DNA from: Limisphaerales bacterium
Lineage (GTDB): Bacteria > Verrucomicrobiota > Verrucomicrobiia > Limisphaerales > JAJOIW01
NCBI GenBank assembly: GCA_965657355.1
Contig: CBFHOE010000002.1
Location: 128,001 to 192,000 of the forward strand
Length of the DNA: 64,000 nt
Direction: 5' to 3'
Program-made: the position numbers and the translations under genes
The notes under the pieces: model-generated
Databases searched by the model: none
Told to the model about the DNA's origin: nothing
Seen by the model: only the letters and a program-made list of their open reading frames with translations
Part shown: positions 57,829-64,000 of the stretch, piece by piece
How the letters are laid out: the number at the start of each line of letters is the position of its first letter
How positions within the stretch are numbered: the first letter of the stretch is position 1

Positions 57829-60624
57829 ATGCACATGATGCGCAAAGCAAATGAAAAACAACAGAATAAGGAAAAATTCCGAACCAAGCTGGCTCTTTTC
57901 TTTTTCTTTTCTTTTTGTTGGACATTTTCTTCAGAAGCTTCAACAAACGCCAAAGGCGAAGAATTTTTCAAAAATAAAATCCTACCAATTTTGGAAAATC
58001 ATTGCCTCGAGTGCCACAGCCATGAAACAAAAATTCGCGGCGGGCTTTCTCTTGATACAAAAGGAGGCATTATCATCGGTGGGAATCACGGGACCGGATA
58101 TAATGAGAACTCTCCTAATGATAGTCTCTTACTTCAAGCCATAAGGCATGAACACCCAGAGATTAAAATGCCAAAAGACAAACCAAAATTAAATCAATCC
58201 CAAATCCAACTGCTCGAAAAATGGTTTTTGAGCAAGCTCCCAGACCCCAGAGTCCCTTTAAAGTCGGCTAAGAGCCCGAAAGATCACTGGGCTTTTAAAT
58301 CTGTCGTCCGCCCCAACCCTCCATCATTTATCAAAGACGGCACGGAGGCGACACAGCCATCGAAAACCAATCCAATCGATATTTTTGTGAGTCAAAAACT
58401 AAAACAAAAAGGCATGACCCAGTCAAAAAGGGCCGCTCCTAGAATTTTAGCGAGAAGAATTGCCTTTGATCTCACAGGGCTTCCTCCATCATTTGAAACC
58501 GTCAATAAGCTCGAAAAGAATAACAGCGAAAAAAATTATGGTAAGCTTATAGAAAAACACCTAGCAGATCCAGGTTTCGGAGAAAGATGGGGAAGGCATT
58601 GGCTCGACGTCGCAAGGTATGCGGATACCCGTGGTTATGTTTTCACGTCTGAGCGGAGATTTCCATATTCTTACACTTATCGTGATTACGTCATTTCTGC
58701 CTTCAACAACGATAAACCGTATGATCAGTTTTTAAAGGAACAGGTGGCTGCTGATCAATTTGTTCAGGAGACGAAAGATAAATCATCCCTGGCAGCTCTC
58801 GGGTTTCTTACACTAGGAAGGTCCTTTTTAAACAACAAACACGATATCATCGACGATAGAATAGATGTGGTCACAAGAGGAATGATGGGACTCACAGTGG
58901 TGTGCGCAAGATGCCACGACCACAAATACGATCCCGTATCCATGGCTGATTATTATGGCTTGTACGGGATATTCGATAGCTCTAAAATACCTAGCACCTA
59001 TCCATTATTGGAATTCAATAAAGATGACCCCAAATATATTGAATTTAAAAATCAATTAGCAAAAAAAGAGAAGGCACATAGAGATTACCAAGAAACACAC
59101 CAAAGAAAAGCTATTGAATTTGCCCGTCAAAAAACCGACAAATATTTTGAAGTCTATCTTGAATCAATGGGTAAAAATTCAAGTCAGCGAGAAGATGCTG
59201 CACGAAGCAGCAAACTTGATCCTGGCATCTTAAATAGCTGGTTTTCTAAATTACAGGATTCTGAAAAACTGGACGAACCATTTTGGGAGCCGTGGAAAGT
59301 TTTAAAAAAGATTAAGTCTGACCAGGACTTCAAATCCAAATCCAGATCCTACCTCGAGTTATTAAATTCAAATTCCAAAGACAAAGACAAAGAAAAGTGG
59401 GTCAAACTGATAAAAAATCTTTTGGCCAAAGAACTTGAGAGCTTTGATGATGTGGTTAGTATTTATGGCAGATCCATTTCTGAATCGCTCACCACCGAAG
59501 CCTCTGGGTTAATGGGTATCAGGGATTGGGTCATGTCAAATGATTCCCCTCCATCAATCCCTCTTCACCAGGCGACCCGATTGTTGGATGTCGCCAAGCA
59601 GCAGCGAATTAGAGGATTAAAACGAGATATCGAGAAGCATGTAGCAACGCACCCCGGGGCCCCACCCCGAGGAATGGCGCTTATTGACAAACCTTCCCCG
59701 GTGGAGCCAGTTATTCTGGAAAGAGGGAACCCGAGGAGAAGAGGAAGAAAAGTGCCGAGACAATTTTTGGGAATTCTCACCCAAGGTGCGAGCACTCCCT
59801 ATAAAATTGGAAGCGGAAGAAAAGAGCTCGCTCTTGACATAGCAAATAAATCCAACCCATTAACTGCTCGAGTTTTTGTAAATAGAGTCTGGGGGCACCT
59901 TTTTGGAAGCCCACTTGTTGCCACTCCTAGTGATTTTGGCGTCCGCTCTGAAGCTCCCGTGCACCAGGAATTATTAGATTACCTATCTTGGGAGTTTATG
60001 GAAAATGGATGGTCCATTAAAAACCTGATCCGGACGATAATGACCTCCCAAACTTACCAGCAAAGTAGTTTTCGAAAAGATGGATATGAAATGTCAGACC
60101 CTGATAATAGCTTGTTTTGGAAGATGAATAGAAAAAGGCTCGAGTTTGAACCCATGCGAGACCAAATGCTTCATCTAGCTGGTCGGCTGAACCGAGCATT
60201 TGGAGGACTGCCAGCGTCCATTTACAAACCGCCATTTGAGCCAAGGCGCTCCATTTATGGATTCATTGAAAGGCAAAACCTCCCCAGCGTCCTCAAAACA
60301 TTTGATTTTGCCAGTCCGGACACAACGAGCCCCAAAAGATTTACGACAATGGTGCCTCAGCAACCGCTTTTTATGATGAACAATCCTTGGTTCCAGGACC
60401 AGGCAAAAGCATTTGCCTCACGGGCAGAGAAACAGGCTGGTCAGTCAGACGAAAACCAAATAAAGGCAATCTTCAAATTGGCATACCAACGAATGCCGAG
60501 TTCATCAGAAGCCAAGTCATGCTTAAATTTTATCTCTTCGAGCTCCAATGAGAAGGATTTTCCACCCCTCGCCCAGCTAGCCCAAGCTATTCTCATGAGC
60601 AATGAGGTTCATTTTGTAGATTGA
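57829..60624 (+). CDS. PSD1 and planctomycete cytochrome c domain protein (DUF1549/DUF1553)
   Basis: CLECH and CARCH heme motifs; HWAF, GERWGRHWLDVARYADT, NPLTARVFVNRVW and ELLDYL motifs. Confidence 0.92.
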   Translation: MHMMRKANEKQQNKEKFRTKLALFFFFSFCWTFSSEASTNAKGEEFFKNKILPILENHCLECHSHETKIRGGLSLDTKGGIIIGGNHGTGYNENSPNDSLLLQAIRHEHPEIKMPKDKPKLNQSQIQLLEKWFLSKLPDPRVPLKSAKSPKDHWAFKSVVRPNPPSFIKDGTEATQPSKTNPIDIFVSQKLKQKGMTQSKRAAPRILARRIAFDLTGLPPSFETVNKLEKNNSEKNYGKLIEKHLADPGFGERWGRHWLDVARYADTRGYVFTSERRFPYSYTYRDYVISAFNNDKPYDQFLKEQVAADQFVQETKDKSSLAALGFLTLGRSFLNNKHDIIDDRIDVVTRGMMGLTVVCARCHDHKYDPVSMADYYGLYGIFDSSKIPSTYPLLEFNKDDPKYIEFKNQLAKKEKAHRDYQETHQRKAIEFARQKTDKYFEVYLESMGKNSSQREDAARSSKLDPGILNSWFSKLQDSEKLDEPFWEPWKVLKKIKSDQDFKSKSRSYLELLNSNSKDKDKEKWVKLIKNLLAKELESFDDVVSIYGRSISESLTTEASGLMGIRDWVMSNDSPPSIPLHQATRLLDVAKQQRIRGLKRDIEKHVATHPGAPPRGMALIDKPSPVEPVILERGNPRRRGRKVPRQFLGILTQGASTPYKIGSGRKELALDIANKSNPLTARVFVNRVWGHLFGSPLVATPSDFGVRSEAPVHQELLDYLSWEFMENGWSIKNLIRTIMTSQTYQQSSFRKDGYEMSDPDNSLFWKMNRKRLEFEPMRDQMLHLAGRLNRAFGGLPASIYKPPFEPRRSIYGFIERQNLPSVLKTFDFASPDTTSPKRFTTMVPQQPLFMMNNPWFQDQAKAFASRAEKQAGQSDENQIKAIFKLAYQRMPSSSEAKSCLNFISSSSNEKDFPPLAQLAQAILMSNEVHFVD

Positions 60625-61439
60625 AACTCATAGCTTTAACAATGGAACCCCGGGACGCATCTATCATTGGAATTATTCCGGCAGGTGGAGTGGCTAGCCG
60701 GCTTGGTCATTTACCCTGCAGTAAAGAGCTTTTACCTATACCATGCCATTCCGAGCACCCCATTCCAGTTGGGACTTTCTTGATCAACAACCTAAAACGC
60801 GCCGGGGCATCACAAATCAATTGGGTTATCCGAAAAGGGAAATGGGATATCCCTCAATATTATGGAAGCGGGCGCAGTTTTGACATCCCAATGTGTTATA
60901 ATATTATGGAATATCCACATGGCCCTCCTTTCACAATAAACGAGAGCTATTCGAATATAAGAGGCAAAATCGTTCTTCTTGGTTTTCCAGATATTCTAAT
61001 AGATCACCCCAACCCATTCGTTCCTCTTATAAACGAGATTAGACAAGGTAATTTCGAAGTCACATTGGGCATTGTTCATTGTGAAGACCCAAAAAAAATT
61101 GATGTGGTGGAGATGAATGACGACGGTGAAATCACTAAGATAATCCCGAAGCCTAAAACAGATGTAAACAAGCAAGCGTGGATTTGGGCTGCATGGAGTC
61201 CAAGATTTACCGAGTTTTTGCATCATGTCATAGAGGAAAAAGTAGAATCTATCAAAAGCAGTGAATCGATTCAGAAAGAAGTGAAAGAACTGCACGTTGG
61301 AGATGTGATGCAGCAATTTATTAATGCAGGGGGCAAAGTCAAAGGGATCAAATTTCAGGAAACTCGATTTTTAGATATTGGCACAACCTCGGGATGGAAA
61401 AAAATTGAACAATTTAGATTCCTGAAACATCCAATGTAA
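60621..61439 (+). CDS. Sugar-phosphate nucleotidyltransferase (RmlA-like)
   Basis: GIIPAGGVASRL..LP.SKELLPI, GFPD and FLDIGT motifs. Start TTG 60621 or ATG 60642. Confidence 0.8.
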   Translation: MKLIALTMEPRDASIIGIIPAGGVASRLGHLPCSKELLPIPCHSEHPIPVGTFLINNLKRAGASQINWVIRKGKWDIPQYYGSGRSFDIPMCYNIMEYPHGPPFTINESYSNIRGKIVLLGFPDILIDHPNPFVPLINEIRQGNFEVTLGIVHCEDPKKIDVVEMNDDGEITKIIPKPKTDVNKQAWIWAAWSPRFTEFLHHVIEEKVESIKSSESIQKEVKELHVGDVMQQFINAGGKVKGIKFQETRFLDIGTTSGWKKIEQFRFLKHPM

Positions 61440-61687
61440 TGAATGCCAGTTACAAACAAAGATGTCAACCGAAGGCTGATCTTTAGGGCATCACGATTGA
61501 ATTTGATAATTATTAAATGCCGTGTCGTCTATTCAAACACTTTGTCATTTTAGACTGATCGACTTAGCTAGGTATGTTGATTCATTTCCTGCCAAATGTT
61601 ATTTTCCGATAGTCATCAAGAAAGTTATCCCAATTTTTTAAACTAAAAAAATTTTTGATTTTGCCTTACAAAACAAAAGCAACCAAC

Positions 61688-62329
61688 ATGAAAAGGTCGA
61701 GGTATTTTACTAAAGGAGTGAAAGGTTTTGTCGTTTTTCTTGTTTTCATATTTATCACAGACTTCCCGCTATTTTCCGCACCTAAAGAGGAATTGAAAAA
61801 GCCAGACAAACCAGTTCCCGCAGCTAAACGCGATAGAATCAAGTTCGGGCTGAAAATTTACCATATCCCCTCCTCCTCAACTTTTTTTTGGGACAAAAAC
61901 CTTATCAACTTAAAGCGCCGAAATCCAACTGGACAAGGGATTCTGCCTAAAAACAAAATCGAGACATTTGAACAAGTTATCGAATTACAAAAAGGAAAGC
62001 TGATTGTCAATGGCTCCGTTGTAACAATTCCAAATGGCAACGCATCCATGGCCACAAGTGGGGTCAGTCATAATGTTAAAATATCAATAAAAAATGTGAC
62101 CATCGATAAGGATCATTTGGAATTTGATTTTAATTTCGGCGTTCTTAAAAGAAAAAGATCAAGCCCAGATCATCAACCGCTGAAAAAATTTGAATGCGGT
62201 TGGGGGGGCAAAGTTCCCTTTGGTTCAAGTTTATATTTGGTCTCCCGCTCAAAAGATCTAAAAATCGATGATAACTATGTGGTTATTATATCCCCAATAT
62301 TACAACCTGTATTAGATGAAGCCAAATAA
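61688..62329 (+). CDS. Hypothetical exported protein, paralogue 1
   Basis: ATG 61688 (MKRSRYF), N-terminal hydrophobic segment, clear similarity to the next gene. Confidence 0.75.
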   Translation: MKRSRYFTKGVKGFVVFLVFIFITDFPLFSAPKEELKKPDKPVPAAKRDRIKFGLKIYHIPSSSTFFWDKNLINLKRRNPTGQGILPKNKIETFEQVIELQKGKLIVNGSVVTIPNGNASMATSGVSHNVKISIKNVTIDKDHLEFDFNFGVLKRKRSSPDHQPLKKFECGWGGKVPFGSSLYLVSRSKDLKIDDNYVVIISPILQPVLDEAK

Positions 62330-62370
62330 GACGTATTCACTCAGCTAAAACACTATATAAATTTGATAAC

Positions 62371-63033
62371 ATGACCACGGAAGTCGATGACTTTAAATTT
62401 ATTAAGACACTGCTAAAATACTTTTTTTCAATATGTCTCTGCTCTCAAGTTTCCTTGGCAGAACAAGAGCAGGAAAAGAGTATTCGTATGGATCTGGCCA
62501 CGCAGAAGCTCATCAAACTTTTGCCCGCCAAAAAAAGGAATCAAGAACCCTTGAAAATCCACACTCAGGTCTACCACATCCCATCTTCATCAACATTTTT
62601 TTGGGATAAAAACCTAATAAATTTGAAGCGCCGAAACCCCATGGGGCAAGGAATATTGTCTGAAAAGGAAGTCGAGACATTCAAAAAAGTGATCGAATTA
62701 CAAAGCGGAAAAAAGATCGCCAATACCTCACTACAGACTTTCCTTGGGGGGAAAGCACTCCTGGGAATCGCTCACTTCAATGCTCAAAGCAGTTTTCTAA
62801 AGATAATTTCCAGTTCCTTAGACAAAAATAATCTTCAAATGAAGTTGGTTTTTGGTATCGGGGACAAAGTCCCCGAAAAAAACGATCTCAATAAAAAGGC
62901 AAATTACGATTGTGAATGGGCTGGCAAAATCCCTTTAGGAACAACACTTTACCTGGTTTCCAGGTCTAAATCCTTAAAGGACGAAAACAACTACCTTATC
63001 CTAATGAAACCTACGATAACGGAGAAAAATTAG
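62371..63033 (+). CDS. Hypothetical exported protein, paralogue 2
   Basis: 220-aa ORF sharing YHIPSSSTFFWDKNLINLKRRNPxGQGIL, CxWxGKxPxG and LYLVSRSKxLK with the upstream gene. Confidence 0.75.
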   Translation: MTTEVDDFKFIKTLLKYFFSICLCSQVSLAEQEQEKSIRMDLATQKLIKLLPAKKRNQEPLKIHTQVYHIPSSSTFFWDKNLINLKRRNPMGQGILSEKEVETFKKVIELQSGKKIANTSLQTFLGGKALLGIAHFNAQSSFLKIISSSLDKNNLQMKLVFGIGDKVPEKNDLNKKANYDCEWAGKIPLGTTLYLVSRSKSLKDENNYLILMKPTITEKN

Positions 63034-63067
63034 GACTTTTTGACATATGAATGGTCGATGAATTGGA

Positions 63068-63095
63068 TTGACCACTCTTATGTGTAACATATTAT
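63068..63095 (+). promoter_or_regulatory. Possible sigma70-type promoter
   Basis: TTGACC (63068-63073), 16 nt spacer, TATTAT (63090-63095), 25 nt upstream of ATG 63121. Confidence 0.45.
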
Positions 63096-63120
63096 TAACG
63101 ACAAACCCTTATATTAGAAA

Positions 63121-64000
63121 ATGAGCGAGAAAAAGAACTCCCAGAACAATGCAGGTGAATCACGCCGTGGATTCATTAAGAAGTCCGCAGCAGTTGCTGC
63201 AACTGCTGCTGCTGCAAACTCCCTAAAATCCCCAGTCTATGGTCAAGCCCCTTCAGCCGGTCGTGTTATTGGTGCCAATGACAGAATCGTTGTTGGTTTT
63301 GTCGGAGTCGGGGGTCAGGGCATGGCACACGTCAGAAGTATCAAAAGAAACGCTGCCGCGAACAATGTAGCTATCGCCGGCGCATGTGATGTCTCTAAAA
63401 CACGCACAAATCAAGCTGTTGAATATATAGGAGGCAGTGCTAAAGGTTACGAAGACTATGAAAAAATGGTCGAGCGAAAAGACATAGACGTCATCGTTTG
63501 TTCCACAGTAGATCACTGGCACACAGATATCACTTGTGCTGCTTTGGAAAGTGGAAAGCACGTCTATTGTGAAAAACCAATGACAAGATACCTGGGAGAA
63601 GCCTTCCGCATTTATGATTCAGCGAAAAGCTCAGGCAAACTCGTTCAAGTCGGTGCTCAAAGAACAAGCTCCGGTGCATACCACAAAGCAGCTGCGATGA
63701 ACAAAGAAGGCCTTGCTGGCCCTCTCGTGTTGGCCACAGGATCTTACATGCGTAATAACCCGAAAGGAGAGTGGAATTATCAAATTCCCGCGTATGCAAC
63801 AGCTAAAGACATTAACTGGGAAAAATGGATGGGGCGCGTCCACAAAAAAGAACCTTTCAATGCCGACCACTGGCGCAGATGGAGAAAATATTACCCTTAT
63901 TGTGCAGGTGTTCTTGGGGACCTTCTCCCTCATAGATTGCACCCGCTCATGCTGGCAACCGGAAACGTTCAATTTCCTACCCGCGTAGTCAGTCTTGGTA
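63121..64000 (+). CDS. Gfo/Idh/MocA family oxidoreductase with Tat signal (partial, runs off window end)
   Basis: MSEKKNSQNNAGESRRGFIKKSAA (Tat), GANDRIVVGFVGVGGQG, DIDVIV.STVDHWH and GKHVYCEKPM. Missing from the ORF track, presumably because it has no stop in the window. Confidence 0.92.
   Translation, partial: MSEKKNSQNNAGESRRGFIKKSAAVAATAAAANSLKSPVYGQAPSAGRVIGANDRIVVGFVGVGGQGMAHVRSIKRNAAANNVAIAGACDVSKTRTNQAVEYIGGSAKGYEDYEKMVERKDIDVIVCSTVDHWHTDITCAALESGKHVYCEKPMTRYLGEAFRIYDSAKSSGKLVQVGAQRTSSGAYHKAAAMNKEGLAGPLVLATGSYMRNNPKGEWNYQIPAYATAKDINWEKWMGRVHKKEPFNADHWRRWRKYYPYCAGVLGDLLPHRLHPLMLATGNVQFPTRVVSLG

Noticed and set aside
63253..63988. Four short ORFs listed at the window end
   Set aside because: All overlap the unlisted + strand Gfo/Idh/MocA gene starting at 63121, which has clear family motifs.
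1..64000. tRNA, rRNA, CRISPR arrays, IS elements and prophage genes
   Set aside because: None recognised by eye in intergenic regions or ORFs; tRNAscan-SE and Infernal would be needed to exclude small RNAs formally.

Overview
This window looks like core and accessory chromosome of a PVC-superphylum bacterium, most likely a Verrucomicrobiota member. That assignment is inferred from the gene content: two PSD1/DUF1549-DUF1553 cytochrome c proteins, DUF1501, a PVC-type heme-binding dehydrogenase, an H-X9-DG prepilin-like protein, DUF3500, three Cys-type sulfatases and Tat-exported Gfo/Idh/MocA oxidoreductases. About 45 CDS are present. They include a citrate synthase-sucC-sucD cluster, a two-domain PPK2, an SNF2 helicase, an M16 peptidase and a minus-strand translation cluster (rplU-rpmA-obgE-ychF-DeaD-like-ABC-F). 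No rRNA, tRNA, CRISPR array, transposase, integrase or phage gene was recognised. Most notable observations: (1) an intact DeaD/CsdA-like protein with essentially every ATPase/helicase motif degenerate but a preserved DbpA-type RNA-binding domain and RGG tail (candidate pseudo-helicase); (2) a TPR-AAA ATPase with Vps4-like features paired with a TPR multi-pass membrane protein; (3) two tandem paralogues sharing a 29-aa block under visible purifying selection, with a possible secretin-like pattern; (4) a stand-alone OvoA-type methyltransferase coupled to an M29-like metalloprotein; (5) an ObgE with a long internal acidic insertion. All family calls come from motif recognition by eye; no database searches were run.
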